From assembly GCA_965243395.1 (NCBI GenBank), contig CBDEUS010000002.1, positions 736,001 through 800,000 of the forward strand: DNA of 64,000 nt, read 5' to 3'. The stretch is from Gammaproteobacteria bacterium (GTDB taxonomy: Bacteria; Pseudomonadota; Gammaproteobacteria; UBA4575). Under the pieces are notes generated by a model. That model saw nothing but the letters and a program-made list of their open reading frames with translations. It was not told where the DNA came from and did not search any database. The translations under genes were made by a program, and so were the position numbers. Positions 7,079 to 18,968 of this stretch are shown piece after piece (positions within the stretch are counted from its first letter, which is position 1; every line of letters begins with the position of its first letter).

Positions 7079-8239
7079 ATGAAAAAAATAGTTATTGCTC
7101 CTGATTCTTTTAAAGGAAATCTTACTTCATTAGAGGTTGCGACCTGCTTAGAGAAAGGCATCAAGCGAGTCCTACCAAAAGCGAAATGCATTAAAGTGCC
7201 AATGGCAGATGGTGGTGAGGGAACGGTGCAATCATTGGTTGATGCAGCTAATGGTAAGTTGATTAAAAAACGTGTTAAAGGACCTGCAGGAAAATTGGTG
7301 ACTGCTCATTATGGTTGGCTTGCTAAGCAAAAAACAGCTGTAATAGAGATGGCAGAAGCATCAGGACTGCCATTAGTGACCGGACGCGAAAAAAATCCTC
7401 TCAAAACTACAACCTATGGCACGGGTCAATTGATACTAGATGCCATTAATAAAGGTGCGAACAAGATTATTATTGGCATAGGTGGTTCAGCTACTAATGA
7501 TGGTGGGAGCGGCATGGCGCAAGCATTAGGAGTTAAATTTTTAAATGCGAGTGGACGAGAAATCAAAGAACTTGGATGTGGAGGTATGCTCGCAAAAATT
7601 GCCAAGATAGATACACAAGCTATCGATCCGCGAGTGGCTAAAACAAAAATCGTAGTTGCTTGTGATGTGGAAAATCCTCTGTGTGGTAAGAAAGGCGCAT
7701 CTCATGTTTTTGGTCCTCAAAAAGGCGCGACACCCAAAATGGTTGAGCAGTTAGATCAGAATTTGAATCATTTTGGTAAATTAATGAAGCGGGATTTGAA
7801 AAAAGACGTAGCACGTAAACCTGGTTCGGGAGCTGCAGGAGGATTAGGGGCAGGACTGTTAGCCTTTGCCAATGCAAAGCTTGAAAGCGGAATTGACATT
7901 GTTTTAGATGCAACAAATCTTGCAAAATATATTAAAGGCGCAGATCTGGTGTTAACGGGAGAAGGGCGTGTAGATTTTCAGACTGCATTTGGGAAAACAC
8001 CTTCAGGTGTGGCTAAAGCCGCGAAAAAATGTAAAGTTCCCGTTATTGCTATTGGGGGAGCATTGTCAGATGACGCGCGACAAGTTTTTGCACATGGTAT
8101 CGATGGAATTGAAAGTGCCGCTGCAAAAGATATGAGTTTAGAAGAAGCAATCAAAAATTCTAAACAGGATCTTGCCAATGCTGCTGAACGTGTAGTTCGA
8201 ATGATTCTTATTGGTAAAAAGATGGCAGTAAAAAAATAA
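7079..8239 (+). CDS. garK: Glycerate kinase (GarK/GlxK family)
   Basis: KIVIAPDSFKG, PMADGGEGT, GGSATNDGG, TGEGRVDFQT motifs. Confidence 0.93.
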   Translation: MKKIVIAPDSFKGNLTSLEVATCLEKGIKRVLPKAKCIKVPMADGGEGTVQSLVDAANGKLIKKRVKGPAGKLVTAHYGWLAKQKTAVIEMAEASGLPLVTGREKNPLKTTTYGTGQLILDAINKGANKIIIGIGGSATNDGGSGMAQALGVKFLNASGREIKELGCGGMLAKIAKIDTQAIDPRVAKTKIVVACDVENPLCGKKGASHVFGPQKGATPKMVEQLDQNLNHFGKLMKRDLKKDVARKPGSGAAGGLGAGLLAFANAKLESGIDIVLDATNLAKYIKGADLVLTGEGRVDFQTAFGKTPSGVAKAAKKCKVPVIAIGGALSDDARQVFAHGIDGIESAAAKDMSLEEAIKNSKQDLANAAERVVRMILIGKKMAVKK

Positions 8240-8254
8240 GGATACAATCGTAAT

Positions 8255-8632
8255 TTATTGCTCAACTTGACTTAATTTAAGTTCTTCAAAAGCATCCTTG
8301 GGCAAACCACGAGTTTTAATAAACTGTTCTTTAAATTCATTTTTTGCTTGTGCTAAATGTCGAACGCACTTTGCAGGCTGATTTTTACTATGTATTTCTT
8401 CACAACCTACTAAGGGGGTGTATTGTTTTAAGAATGCATTTTCAAAATCAGCAACTAATTTTTGTTTAAGTGCTTGATCTTGAAGATCTTGTGTTTCACT
8501 AGCTGCTTTTTCAGTTACAGAAGACTTTGTGGCTTCTCCTGAATGTTGGCTTTGCGTATTCAGATATAAACCAAACGTGATTGCTATGATGACAATGGTC
8601 AAGGGTAGTATTTTTTTAGCTGTTTGGTTCAT
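8255..8632 (-). CDS. Hypothetical membrane-anchored protein
   Basis: N-terminal TM, two Cys (YTPLVGC...AKC). Confidence 0.65.
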   Translation of the reverse strand: MNQTAKKILPLTIVIIAITFGLYLNTQSQHSGEATKSSVTEKAASETQDLQDQALKQKLVADFENAFLKQYTPLVGCEEIHSKNQPAKCVRHLAQAKNEFKEQFIKTRGLPKDAFEELKLSQVEQ

Positions 8633-8751
8633 GATTTAGATCATGCAACATAAAAACAGGCCGAGATTATAGCACCCGATAAATGGATTAACTAAGCGCA
8701 GGGACTGTAGGCCAGTAAACTTAAAATAGAATTAGGGCTGGATTAACTCAG

Positions 8752-8922
8752 CTAGTCATCAATGCTTTTATCAGTCATTGTTAGCCATGCTTTAAATCTG
8801 GCACGTTCGATAAACTCTATATCGAGGTTACTGTTACCTCTACGATCTGGATTTTTTCTGCGATCTTCACCTTTAAATTGTCGACGATCGCTACCGGATC
8901 TTCGTTCTTGAAAATGAGCCAT
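8752..8922 (-). CDS. 56-aa protein with four [D/E]RR repeats (candidate c-di-GMP binder)
   Basis: GAGGAG SD; MAHFQERRSGSDRRQFKGEDRRKNPDRRGNSNLDIEFIERARFKAWLTMTDKSIDD; below the ORF-track length cutoff. Confidence 0.75.
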   Translation of the reverse strand: MAHFQERRSGSDRRQFKGEDRRKNPDRRGNSNLDIEFIERARFKAWLTMTDKSIDD

Positions 8923-9101
8923 GCTCTCTCCTCTAATTGAGCGTGCTTAGGGTTCATCAAATATCGAAAAAGGTAAAGACAAGGGAAAATAAACGGTTGA
9001 AAAAAGCAGACGAACGGGTAATGTTTTTTTATCAAATAACACTGCAAACTAATAATTAAATATTTGTTGATGCAGATTGACTTCGCTGAGAATTTTTCAG
9101 A

Positions 9102-9302
9102 ATGAATAGAACCATAATATATATTGGCATCCTAATCGTTTTAATTGGTGTGCTTTGGCCAGTCATTTCGAAACTGCCATTGGGGAAGTTACCGGGAGAT
9201 ATTGTGGTTAAAAGAGAGGGATTTCATTTTTATTTCCCAATCACCACTATGATTTTGATTAGTCTGCTGATCTCTTTGATTCTCTGGCTATTTAGGAAAT
9301 AA
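9102..9302 (+). CDS. DUF2905 small membrane protein
   Basis: LGKLPGDI...FYFPITTMILISL signature. Confidence 0.9.
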   Translation: MNRTIIYIGILIVLIGVLWPVISKLPLGKLPGDIVVKREGFHFYFPITTMILISLLISLILWLFRK

Positions 9303-9351
9303 GTAGGTAACTCAAATTTAAAATAGAGTTAACTTAGGCGAAGCTATTAAT

Positions 9352-10836
9352 TTATTGGCCGCGGCTGCTAGGTAAAACAGGTGTAGGTAATTGACTTTTT
9401 CCCATTAAATAAGTGTCTACCGCATGGGCGGCAGAACGGCCTTCGGCAATAGCCCAAACAATCAAACTTTGTCCGCGTTGCATGTCACCTGCAGTGAAAA
9501 CACCATCAACACTGGTCATCCAGTTCTGATCACATTTCACATTACCTCGATCATCTAATTCAACTCCCAACTGTTCTATCATGCCTGGTTTTTCTGGGCC
9601 TAAAAATCCCATGGCTAATAAAACTAAATCACAAGGCAAGGTTTCATTACTATCCGGCACTTCTTCTAATACTAAACGTCCACCGTTTACGTTAGCACGG
9701 CCATCTGCATTAACCATTTTTACTCTAACAAGTTCCAAACCTTTTACATTTCCATTGTCATCACCAACAAAACGTTTAGTAGAGATAGAATATAGCCGCT
9801 CTACACCTTCTTCATGTGCCGAAGCAGTACGGAATATGCGAGGCCATTCGGGCCATGGATTATTTTCTGCACGAGCTTCGGGAGGCTTGGGCATGATTTC
9901 AAGTTGATGAACAGAAAGAGCACCTTGACGATTGGCCGTACCCAAACAATCAGCACCCGTATCACCACCACCAATAATAATGACATGTTTGCCTTCTGCG
10001 CTGATAAAGTTCTCTGGTTTAGTGTCACCTTCACATAGTTTATTTTGCATGGGTAGATATTCCATCGCTTGATGAATACCATTTAATTCTCGACCTTCAA
10101 CTGGTAAATCCCGAGCTGCACAAGCCCCACCTGTAAGGATAAGCGCATCAAAATCACTTCTTAATTCATCGACAGAAAGATTTACACCAACATCCATATT
10201 GGTTTTAAATGTTACGCCTTCCGCAATCATTTGTTCCATGCGGCGATCGATTACGCGTTTTTCCATCTTAAATTCTGGGATGCCATAACGTAACAAACCA
10301 CCAATACGATCCGCGCGTTCAAAAACAGTAACATCATGACCCGCGCGTGCAAGCTGTTGTGCAGCCGCTAAACCTGCGGGGCCCGAACCTACAATGGCAA
10401 TTTTTTTACCCGTTGTCTTTTCTGCAATTTGAGGTGTTACCCAGCCATTTTCAAATGCTTTATCAATGATGGTGAGTTCAACGCCTTTAATGGTTACGGG
10501 GTCGTCATTAATACCTAGTACACAAGAACCTTCGCATGGAGCAGGACACAAGGTTCCCGTAAATTCCGGAAAATTATTGGTTGCATGTAAACGTTTGATT
10601 GCATCTTGCCACTGATCGCGATACACAAGATCGTTCCAATCAGGAATTAAATTACCAAGAGGGCAACCCTGATGACAAAACGGAATACCACAATCCATAC
10701 AGCGTGCGGCCTGTTCTTTTAGGGGATCCACTTGCCATGGAGCCATGACCTGGTTCCAGTCTTTAATACGTTCTTCAACCGGGCGATAGGGTTGCTTGAC
10801 CCGGCCGTATTCCATAAATCCTGTAATTTTAGCCAT
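9352..10836 (-). CDS. gltD: Glutamate synthase small subunit
   Basis: [31 protein letters not shown]; ATG at 10836 overlaps the gltB end. Confidence 0.97.
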   Translation of the reverse strand: MAKITGFMEYGRVKQPYRPVEERIKDWNQVMAPWQVDPLKEQAARCMDCGIPFCHQGCPLGNLIPDWNDLVYRDQWQDAIKRLHATNNFPEFTGTLCPAPCEGSCVLGINDDPVTIKGVELTIIDKAFENGWVTPQIAEKTTGKKIAIVGSGPAGLAAAQQLARAGHDVTVFERADRIGGLLRYGIPEFKMEKRVIDRRMEQMIAEGVTFKTNMDVGVNLSVDELRSDFDALILTGGACAARDLPVEGRELNGIHQAMEYLPMQNKLCEGDTKPENFISAEGKHVIIIGGGDTGADCLGTANRQGALSVHQLEIMPKPPEARAENNPWPEWPRIFRTASAHEEGVERLYSISTKRFVGDDNGNVKGLELVRVKMVNADGRANVNGGRLVLEEVPDSNETLPCDLVLLAMGFLGPEKPGMIEQLGVELDDRGNVKCDQNWMTSVDGVFTAGDMQRGQSLIVWAIAEGRSAAHAVDTYLMGKSQLPTPVLPSSRGQ

Positions 10837-13800
10837 GCGCCGCTTCCATAACTGCTTCATCTACTGAAGTGCCTTCTGCTTCAGCTTTTTTAATTGCTGC
10901 GAGTACACGTTTGTAATCTTTAGGCATGATTTTGACAAATCTTGATTGGTAATCTGTCCAATGATCCAATATATTTTTCGCGACGGTGCTTTTTGTATAC
11001 TCAGCGTGTTTAGTAAGCAATGATTTAACTTCTGCTATATCTTCAGCATCCATATCGTCTAGATCGACCATATCTTGGTTGCAAAGTATTTGGAATTTTT
11101 CTTTTTCAGCAAGTACATATGCAATACCGCCAGACATCCCCGCTGCGAAATTTCTTCCTGTAGGCCCAATCACAACTACGCGACCCCCTGTCATGTATTC
11201 GCAACCGTGATCGCCTACACCTTCAACTACCGTACTGACACCACTATTACGCACACAGAAGCGTTCACCTGCGATACCACGGATATATGCTTCGCCTGAA
11301 GTTGCACCATATAACAACACATTGCCGACAATAATATTTTTTTCTGCCACAAAGGTAGAACTACGCGGTGGATAAACAATTATTTTACCGCCGGATAATC
11401 CCTTGCCTAAATAATCATTTGCATCGCCCTCTAAAGTTAACGTTACACCTCTGGGAACAAATGCGCCGAAACTCATTCCGGCAGAACCATTAAAATGCAC
11501 ATTAATTGTGTCTTCTGGCAAACCTTCAGCACCATAACGTTTAGTAATATGATGCCCAAGAATGGTGCCTACTGTGCGATTAATATTTTGTATCGGTAGT
11601 ATGATATCTACAGGTTTTTGGTTTTCTAACGCGTCTTTACATAAAGGCACTAAAGTTGTGACATCCAATGATTTGTCCAAACTGTGATCTTGCTCAGTAG
11701 TGCAATGCCAATCAGTATTCATTGGATTTTCAGGTTTATACAAAATATTAGAAAAATCCAAGCCACGTGCTTTCCAGTGATCGATAGCTTGTGTCACATC
11801 TAATCGTTCGACTTGGCCAATCATTTCGTCTACCGTTCTAAATCCCAATTGCGCCATGTATTCGCGCACTTCTTCGGCTACAAATTTAAAGAAGTTCTCA
11901 ACAAATTCAGGTTGTCCGTTGAATTTTTTAGTCAGTTCAGGATTTTGTGTCGCAACTCCTACAGGGCATGTATTTAAGTGACATACACGCATCATGATAC
12001 AGCCCATTACTACTAATGGTGCGGTAGAGAAACCGAATTCTTCTGCGCCTAGTAATGCGGCTACTACGACATCACGACCGGTTTTTAATTGTCCGTCCGT
12101 TTGCACCACGATGCGATCACGCAAACCGTTTGCCATCAATACTTGCTGAGTTTCTGCCAGACCTAACTCCCAAGGTAAGCCCGCATGTTTTAATGAACTC
12201 ATCGGGGAAGCGCCTGTGCCGCCGTCATAGCCTGAAATTAAAACTACATCTGAGTGTGCTTTAGCAACACCTGCGGCAACGGTACCTACACCCACTTCAG
12301 CAACCAGTTTTACGTGGATGCGTGCAGCTGGATTTGAATTTTTTAAGTCATGAATCAGTTGTGCCAAATCTTCAATGGAGTAAATGTCGTGATGTGGCGG
12401 AGGTGAAATTAAACCTACTCCTGGTGTAGAACCACGTACTTTTGCAATCCATGGATATACTTTTGTACCGGGTAACTGCCCACCTTCGCCGGGTTTTGCG
12501 CCTTGGGCCATTTTGATTTGAATATCATCTGCATTTACTAAATATTCACTGGTAACGCCAAATCGACCTGAAGCAACTTGTTTAATTGCGCTTCTGCGCA
12601 GGTCGCCATTTACATCTGGTGTATAACGATCAGGGTCTTCTCCGCCTTCGCCAGTATTGGATTTACCACCAATGCGGTTCATGGCAATGGCTAAAGTTTC
12701 ATGCGCTTGTTTACTAATAGAACCGTATGACATGGCCCCAGTTGAAAAACGCTTCATGATGTTTTCAATTGGTTCGACTTCTTCTAAAGGAATAGCCTGT
12801 GAAGCATTTTTGAATTTGAATAATCCGCGTAAGGTCGCCAGATTTTCGTTTTGGTTATCAACTTTGTCTGTATATTCTTTAAAAATATTAAACTGACCCG
12901 AACGTGTTGAATGCTGTAATTTGAAAACAGTTTCAGGATTAAATAAGTGATACTCGCCATCACGACGCCACTGATATTCGCCTCCCCAGTCTAGATCCGG
13001 TCGCTTCGCAGGACGATCCGGAAACGCATTGTGATGTCGAATACTCATTTCACGCGCTACTTCTTCTAATCCAATGCCACCTATACGAGATGCAGTCCAT
13101 GTGAAATATTGATCGACAAATTCTTTATTCAAACCAATTGCTTCAAAAATTTGTGCCCCGCGGTAAGACTGCACTGTTGAAATGCCCATCTTGGACATCG
13201 TCTTAATCAAACCTTTATTAACCGCTTTAATAAAGTTTTTCACTGCCAATTCATGTTGCATCTTAGGCAAGTGCCCTTTACCGATCATGTCACCTAATGA
13301 CTCAAATGCGAGATAAGGATTTACGGCATTCACGCCATAACCAATTAATACCGCAAAATGATGTACTTCACGTGGTTCTCCAGATTCAAGAACCAACCCT
13401 GCCTTCGTACGTGAACCTGTGCGTATCATGTGATGATGTACACCGGCAACGGCAAGTAGTGCTGGCATTGCAGCTAATTCAGATGTAATCCCGCGATCAG
13501 TAAGAATGATGTTGGTGTATCCCTCTTCAAGAGCCGTATCTACATCAGTGCATATTTTTTTCAATGCTTGATCTAGACCTGCGCTACCCTCTGCAACCGC
13601 ATACAAAATCGGGATGGTTTTCGTTTTTAAACCAGGTAAATTTACATCTCGGATACGCGCCAACTCATCATTTGTGAGCACGGGTGAAGGTATTTTAATT
13701 TGTCTGCAACTTTCTGGTGTTGGGTTGAGTAAATCTTTTTCTGGCCCAACGGTCGTCGCTACTTGGGTGACAAGTTCTTCGCGAATGCCGTCTAACGGTG

Positions 13801-15391
13801 GATTAGTGACTTGTGCGAAAAGTTGTTTAAAGTAGTCATACAATAAACGTGAACGATTAGATAGCACGGCAAGGGCAGCATCGGTGCCCATTGATCCAGT
13901 AGGTTCGAGACCATTTGCAGCCATTGGTGCCATGAGTACACGTAAATCCTCATGTGTGTAACCAAAAGCTTGCTGGCGTTGTAGCAATGTATCTTTGTCT
14001 GAACCGTGAATTTGTTTCGCGTTTGGTAAGTTTTCTAAATGAACTAAATTATTTTTTAACCATTCTGTGTAAGGATGTTCTTCAACAAATTCTTTTTTGA
14101 TTTCTTCATCGTCAATAATGCGTCCTTGTTTAGTATCGACCATGAAAATACGGCCAGGATGCAATCGTTCTTTGACTAAAATATTTTCAGGCGGAATTTC
14201 CAATACACCCACTTCCGATGCCATCACTACCATGTCATCTTTGGTTACATAATAACGAGAAGGGCGTAAACCGTTACGATCTAATACTGCGCCGATGACT
14301 TCTCCATCAGTAAAAGCAATAGAAGCAGGGCCATCCCATGGCTCCATTAAGCAGGCATGGTATTCGTAAAACGCTTTGCGAGCAGCGTCCATGGTTTCAT
14401 GTCCACTCCAGGCTTCTGGAATCATCATCAATACCGCATGTGCGAGTGGACGACCACTCATGTGTAAAAATTCCATCGCGTTATCGAATGTAGCCGAATC
14501 ACTGCCACCTTCTATTACGATAGGGAAAAGTTTTTCTAGATCATCGCCAAATAATTCAGAACTGCATAATGATTCACGTGCATGCATCCAATTAGTGTTG
14601 CCGCGCACAGTGTTAATTTCACCATTATGAGCAACGTAACGAAATGGTTGTGCCAGTTCCCACGCTGGGAACGTATTGGTAGAGAAACGTTGATGAACTA
14701 ATGCGAGTGCAGATTCGAAATCAGGATCTGATATATCCGGAAACATCGGTTCAAATTGGGAGCCGGTAAGCATACCTTTGTACAAACACGTGCGATAAGA
14801 AAGTGAAGGAACATAAAAATGTTCACGCTCGGACAAATTGAAATTTCCTGCGATCGTATGTTCAATTCGTTTACGGATTACATATAGTTTGCGCTCAAAA
14901 GCGAATTCATCTTTGCAATCTGTACCGCGACCTATAAAAATTTGTTTAAAACTTGGTTCACCTGCTTTCGCCATAGAACCTAATGAAGATGAATCAATCG
15001 GAACATCGCGCCAACCTAAAACATCTTGACCCTCTTCTTTTACTATTTTGTTGAACTCATCAATACAATGTCGTTGTTGAGTAGCGTCATTTGGTAAAAA
15101 CACCATACCCGCGCCGTATTGGCCGTATTCAGGTAAATTAATGCCAATTTCTTTGCATACACGAATAAAAAATTTATGGGGTAATTGAGTAAGTAAGCCA
15201 ACACCATCACCGGTATTTTCTTCGCAACCACAAGCACCGCGGTGAATGAGATTCTTAAGAACAGTGACAGCATTTTGGACAATTTTGTGAGATTTGCGCC
15301 CTTTTATATCCACAACGAAACCAACACCGCATGCATCGTGCTCATATGCAGGGTCATATAGTCCATGTTGGGGTGGCTTGGTAATGCTCAT
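10829..15391 (-). CDS. gltB: Glutamate synthase large subunit
   Basis: EHDACGVGF amidotransferase start, [26 protein letters not shown]. Confidence 0.98.
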   Translation of the reverse strand: MSITKPPQHGLYDPAYEHDACGVGFVVDIKGRKSHKIVQNAVTVLKNLIHRGACGCEENTGDGVGLLTQLPHKFFIRVCKEIGINLPEYGQYGAGMVFLPNDATQQRHCIDEFNKIVKEEGQDVLGWRDVPIDSSSLGSMAKAGEPSFKQIFIGRGTDCKDEFAFERKLYVIRKRIEHTIAGNFNLSEREHFYVPSLSYRTCLYKGMLTGSQFEPMFPDISDPDFESALALVHQRFSTNTFPAWELAQPFRYVAHNGEINTVRGNTNWMHARESLCSSELFGDDLEKLFPIVIEGGSDSATFDNAMEFLHMSGRPLAHAVLMMIPEAWSGHETMDAARKAFYEYHACLMEPWDGPASIAFTDGEVIGAVLDRNGLRPSRYYVTKDDMVVMASEVGVLEIPPENILVKERLHPGRIFMVDTKQGRIIDDEEIKKEFVEEHPYTEWLKNNLVHLENLPNAKQIHGSDKDTLLQRQQAFGYTHEDLRVLMAPMAANGLEPTGSMGTDAALAVLSNRSRLLYDYFKQLFAQVTNPPLDGIREELVTQVATTVGPEKDLLNPTPESCRQIKIPSPVLTNDELARIRDVNLPGLKTKTIPILYAVAEGSAGLDQALKKICTDVDTALEEGYTNIILTDRGITSELAAMPALLAVAGVHHHMIRTGSRTKAGLVLESGEPREVHHFAVLIGYGVNAVNPYLAFESLGDMIGKGHLPKMQHELAVKNFIKAVNKGLIKTMSKMGISTVQSYRGAQIFEAIGLNKEFVDQYFTWTASRIGGIGLEEVAREMSIRHHNAFPDRPAKRPDLDWGGEYQWRRDGEYHLFNPETVFKLQHSTRSGQFNIFKEYTDKVDNQNENLATLRGLFKFKNASQAIPLEEVEPIENIMKRFSTGAMSYGSISKQAHETLAIAMNRIGGKSNTGEGGEDPDRYTPDVNGDLRRSAIKQVASGRFGVTSEYLVNADDIQIKMAQGAKPGEGGQLPGTKVYPWIAKVRGSTPGVGLISPPPHHDIYSIEDLAQLIHDLKNSNPAARIHVKLVAEVGVGTVAAGVAKAHSDVVLISGYDGGTGASPMSSLKHAGLPWELGLAETQQVLMANGLRDRIVVQTDGQLKTGRDVVVAALLGAEEFGFSTAPLVVMGCIMMRVCHLNTCPVGVATQNPELTKKFNGQPEFVENFFKFVAEEVREYMAQLGFRTVDEMIGQVERLDVTQAIDHWKARGLDFSNILYKPENPMNTDWHCTTEQDHSLDKSLDVTTLVPLCKDALENQKPVDIILPIQNINRTVGTILGHHITKRYGAEGLPEDTINVHFNGSAGMSFGAFVPRGVTLTLEGDANDYLGKGLSGGKIIVYPPRSSTFVAEKNIIVGNVLLYGATSGEAYIRGIAGERFCVRNSGVSTVVEGVGDHGCEYMTGGRVVVIGPTGRNFAAGMSGGIAYVLAEKEKFQILCNQDMVDLDDMDAEDIAEVKSLLTKHAEYTKSTVAKNILDHWTDYQSRFVKIMPKDYKRVLAAIKKAEAEGTSVDEAVMEAAHG

Positions 15392-15614
15392 CTCGACTCA
15401 AAAATAGCTAGGTTTTATTCTTATATATTAGTTCTTTTGCGAGTAAATCTATGTACTGCAAAAGAGTGATTTTCAAACGCATTTTCGCGTAATTTCTGAG
15501 CTACAAGCTATATATTTCAAGCAATTAGCTCAGCATGTATTTTACAACCGGCCGCGAATTATAGAAGAGTGCTTAGAATTCTTCTAATAACCATGATAAA
15601 TATATTGTTTAAAT

Positions 15615-15643
15615 GCCCGTATCATTTCCATAATGATACGGGC
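15615..15643 (-). terminator. 12-bp hairpin, probable terminator of the ttcA-containing operon
   Basis: GCCCGTATCATT-TCCAT-AATGATACGGGC; U-tail is weak. Confidence 0.5.
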
Positions 15644-15716
15644 GAAGTCAGACATAAAATGCCTAATTTATCGCAACCAAAACGGCGTAACTGGTTTACG
15701 TTAGATTGGTGTAATT

Positions 15717-15905
15717 TTATATATTGGTAAGTACTAATACAGAAACAATCAAAGCAACGGTAGCAGCTTGAAGGGCAATGCGTATCCACATGAAACGTTC
15801 ACCATAAGAATTATCCAGTGCGCCACCTAACCCCATTGATAATAAGCCGAGCCCTAAAGTAGCAACGGTTGCGAGCAATGCTAGGATTATTATTATATTT
15901 AGCAT
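15717..15905 (-). CDS. Twin-transmembrane small protein (HIG1-like)
   Basis: GGAGG SD before ATG at 15905; two TMs and FMWIRIALQ motif. Confidence 0.8.
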   Translation of the reverse strand: MLNIIIILALLATVATLGLGLLSMGLGGALDNSYGERFMWIRIALQAATVALIVSVLVLTNI

Positions 15906-15970
15906 TGAATTTCCTCCGACATGTTGTGAAAAATGATTATGCCACGTGCATTTATCAGGGAACAAATACA

Positions 15971-16435
15971 CTAGTAAACATAGGGTATAAAGCGATAAGT
16001 GTGCTCCTGGTAAGAATGATAATTCGGAAACTTTATATGCAGTAAATTCTCTTCCATATTAGCTTTACTAATTACTGCAACAATCACTAAACCCACGCCC
16101 AAATAATTAATCCAATGCTGATTATAGAGTGCGATGCCAACCATCATGATGACTAGAGAAGTGTACATCGGATGACGCACATATTTATAAGGTCCGGTTG
16201 TAATTAAGTGAGCATTTGATTTTACTTCGGGATAAATGCTGAAGTTTCCAATTTTGTTATAACAAAGAGTGATTATTCCTGAAATAGCCCCAAATAAGCA
16301 CAAAAGTAACCAGTATTTGTTTCCAAGATTTTGCCATGCAACTGGATAGCAACTGAGTACTACACCGCATAATTGAGAAAGTACTAATAAGTGACTGCTA
16401 AATGTGTGTTGACGAAAATTTTTAATCAATATCAA
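15971..16435 (-). CDS. Isoprenylcysteine carboxyl methyltransferase family membrane protein
   Basis: LITTGPYKYVRHPMY, EE and RFIP motifs. Confidence 0.88.
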   Translation of the reverse strand: MILIKNFRQHTFSSHLLVLSQLCGVVLSCYPVAWQNLGNKYWLLLCLFGAISGIITLCYNKIGNFSIYPEVKSNAHLITTGPYKYVRHPMYTSLVIMMVGIALYNQHWINYLGVGLVIVAVISKANMEENLLHIKFPNYHSYQEHTYRFIPYVY

Positions 16436-16448
16436 CCAGTAAAAGATG

Positions 16449-17258
16449 TTAGAAAATATTTTCTTGAAGCTGTTGTGAAGCTATTGCATTCATATTATTA
16501 AAGTTAAATAAACGCGTATCTAATAAATGACTGCTTGTGATGTTTTGCATTGAGCGAAAAATATTCGCGACACGGTCTGGTGATTCTTTATCCCACTCGG
16601 CTAACATATTTTTAATACGCTGACGTTCTAGATTTGGTTGTGAGCCACATAAATTGCATGGAATAATTGGAAATTCTTTTCGTTCGGCGTATCTTGCTAT
16701 ATCACTTTCACGACAGTAAACAAGTGGCCTGATAACAATATTTCGTTTATCGTCACTAATTAATTTAGGTGGCATGGTCTTAAGTCGTGAACCATGAAAC
16801 ATATTTATAAACATCGTTTCAACTAAATCATCCATGTGATGACCTAGTGCTATTTTTGTTGCACCTACTTCTTGTGCCGTGTTGTATAAAATTCCTCTTC
16901 TTAAGCGCGAGCATAAAGAACACGTTGTTTTTCCTGGGGCAGTTTTTTCTTTCACAATACTGAAGGTATCTTTTTCGACAATGCGATATTCTATGTTTAA
17001 CGAATCAAGATAATTAGGCAGTATGTGTTCTGGGAAGCCGGGTTGTTTTTGATCAAGGTTCACTACAATCAGTTCGAACTTGATGGGCGCAACCGTTTGT
17101 AACCCCATTAGCATGTCCAATAAAGTATAGGAGTCTTTTCCTCCTGATAGGCACACCATGATTCGGTCACCATCATCTATCATGTGGTAATCAGTAATAG
17201 CTTTGCCTGTCAGTCGTCGTAGCTGTTTTTGTAATTTAATAAATCTTTGTGAAGGCAT
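16449..17258 (-). CDS. ttcA: tRNA 2-thiocytidine(32) synthetase
   Basis: SGGKDS PP-loop, [19 protein letters not shown]. Confidence 0.96.
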   Translation of the reverse strand: MPSQRFIKLQKQLRRLTGKAITDYHMIDDGDRIMVCLSGGKDSYTLLDMLMGLQTVAPIKFELIVVNLDQKQPGFPEHILPNYLDSLNIEYRIVEKDTFSIVKEKTAPGKTTCSLCSRLRRGILYNTAQEVGATKIALGHHMDDLVETMFINMFHGSRLKTMPPKLISDDKRNIVIRPLVYCRESDIARYAERKEFPIIPCNLCGSQPNLERQRIKNMLAEWDKESPDRVANIFRSMQNITSSHLLDTRLFNFNNMNAIASQQLQENIF

Positions 17259-17311
17259 TTCTGTGTAAATTCAAAAGCAGGTTGAGTGATTAAATTAATG
17301 AGTAGTTTATA

Positions 17312-17971
17312 TTATTCATCACTAACATGGATTTCATTGTTATCGTCATCTTCAAATTCCCAACTGTAACGCTTAATTTTCGGTGTAGGATCATAATTAC
17401 GAAATACGAATGCACAAATAATACCTAAACCTGCAGCCCATAGATGTGTTTCGTAAGACACACCTGGTTGGTGAGGGAAAATGCCCCAAATCATAGTGCC
17501 ATATAAGAAAAATACAATAAGTGAAAGGACGATGGCGAGACGATCGCGCCTTAAGATCCCGATAACAAAAATATATGCCATGATTCCATAGGTAAGGCCA
17601 CTTGCGCCAAAATGAAAAAAGGGACGCGCAGTAAACCACACACCGACTTCGGTCAATAGCCAAATTATCGTAAGCACCATCCAACAAGATCTCGGATAGC
17701 CATAAATAAGAGCTGTACCAAGAATTAATATAGCAGGAGTATTTGAAATTAAATGTTCAAATGAACTATGTATTAATGGAGCCGTGAATATGCCAATTAA
17801 ACCAGAAGTATGTTGTGGACGGACACCTAAATAAAAAAAATCAAAATTAAACATAAATGCGAATATTTTTATTAACCACAAAACTGCGGTAAAACAAAAA
17901 ACAATTAAAAAAGCTCTTTTTAATCTTGCAGCATCATGTGGAGAGGGTTGCGTAGAAGGTATGCTGAGCAT
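17312..17971 (-). CDS. Rhomboid family intramembrane serine protease
   Basis: HSSFEHL, GASG and SYETH motifs in a multi-TM protein. Confidence 0.9.
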   Translation of the reverse strand: MLSIPSTQPSPHDAARLKRAFLIVFCFTAVLWLIKIFAFMFNFDFFYLGVRPQHTSGLIGIFTAPLIHSSFEHLISNTPAILILGTALIYGYPRSCWMVLTIIWLLTEVGVWFTARPFFHFGASGLTYGIMAYIFVIGILRRDRLAIVLSLIVFFLYGTMIWGIFPHQPGVSYETHLWAAGLGIICAFVFRNYDPTPKIKRYSWEFEDDDNNEIHVSDE

Positions 17972-17981
17972 TGATATCGGG

Positions 17982-18902
17982 TTAGGGTAATTCTAAATTT
18001 GAGGATTTAACATCAATGGTATTTAAACTATTATTTTCAAACTGTAATTGAAACGACCAGAAAACTTTACCGCCTTCATCGAAAGTGACATTCCAAATAT
18101 CAGATGCATGTAGTCGATTAATATCATTCAACTCATTTTTTCTTAAATCAATCATTTCCCCGCGGATATTATCTTGAGTAGAAATATAAAAAGCCTGTAG
18201 TTCCCGTAAGTGGCGTATGACATCCGTTTTACTATGACCAATCGTGAGGTTTTTAAAATTACCTTGATTGATGATTTGAGATTTAATTTGCTTAATAAGA
18301 TCCTCAGCTTTGCTGCTGGCATACTCATAGAATAATTTAATTGCATTGTTTTTGATTTCATCAAGTTCAGAATCATTGTGATAATGGTGTAAACCAAGCG
18401 CACCTTTGGTTTCGTTAGTTTTAGCGCCACTCTTATAGAGAGGAAAATCTGCTGCACTATTTGAGTTTGGGCCATAAGGCCAATAGGCGATAGCTTTATA
18501 GCTTTTGGCATTTTTACGAATGAGTTCAACAAACTCAGCAGCTTTCATTCCTTGGGGTGGGGTAACCAGCTGATGCGAAACACCTTGGCTATTACGATTT
18601 AAAAATGCATCTCGATCTGCTTGATAGGTCGAGCTCCCGGAATTTTCAGGATCGTACTGAAATGCAAAGCCTTGTAATGAGTATTGGTTTTTTATGGAAT
18701 TGGCAGTATAAACCCCACATTCATGAATAAATGTACCGCAATGTTTGAATTTATCCGTCCAAGTTAAATTTCTGCACACAAGCGAGGTACAAAGTTCCTT
18801 CTTATTAATTTTGTCGGATTTTTTGCTTTGTATTGCGCATGCGCCAACGAGGCTTAAAGCCAATATAGATAATGAGATAAATGCTATTTTGCTCGACGAC
18901 AT
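17982..18902 (-). CDS. Hypothetical lipoprotein with possible permuted papain-like domain
   Basis: Lipobox LVGAC; VCR...KHC and YWPYGPNSNS motifs. Confidence 0.55.
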   Translation of the reverse strand: MSSSKIAFISLSILALSLVGACAIQSKKSDKINKKELCTSLVCRNLTWTDKFKHCGTFIHECGVYTANSIKNQYSLQGFAFQYDPENSGSSTYQADRDAFLNRNSQGVSHQLVTPPQGMKAAEFVELIRKNAKSYKAIAYWPYGPNSNSAADFPLYKSGAKTNETKGALGLHHYHNDSELDEIKNNAIKLFYEYASSKAEDLIKQIKSQIINQGNFKNLTIGHSKTDVIRHLRELQAFYISTQDNIRGEMIDLRKNELNDINRLHASDIWNVTFDEGGKVFWSFQLQFENNSLNTIDVKSSNLELP

Positions 18903-18968
18903 GCTAGGAAATCCCTATAGTACGCATCTTTTGAAAATACATATACACAATAGTTCAGGAATAGCACA

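Noticed and set aside
8817-9047. Track ORF of 76 aa (MQCYLIKK...)
   Set aside because: No SD or recognisable features; the overlapping frame 8752-8922 has a strong SD and a clear repeat motif
9581-15282. Many short ORFs antisense or out of frame within gltD/gltB (similar ones occur in ybiT, phoX, nrdAB and the ABC exporter)
   Set aside because: Shadow ORFs of long conserved genes with no independent SD or motifs
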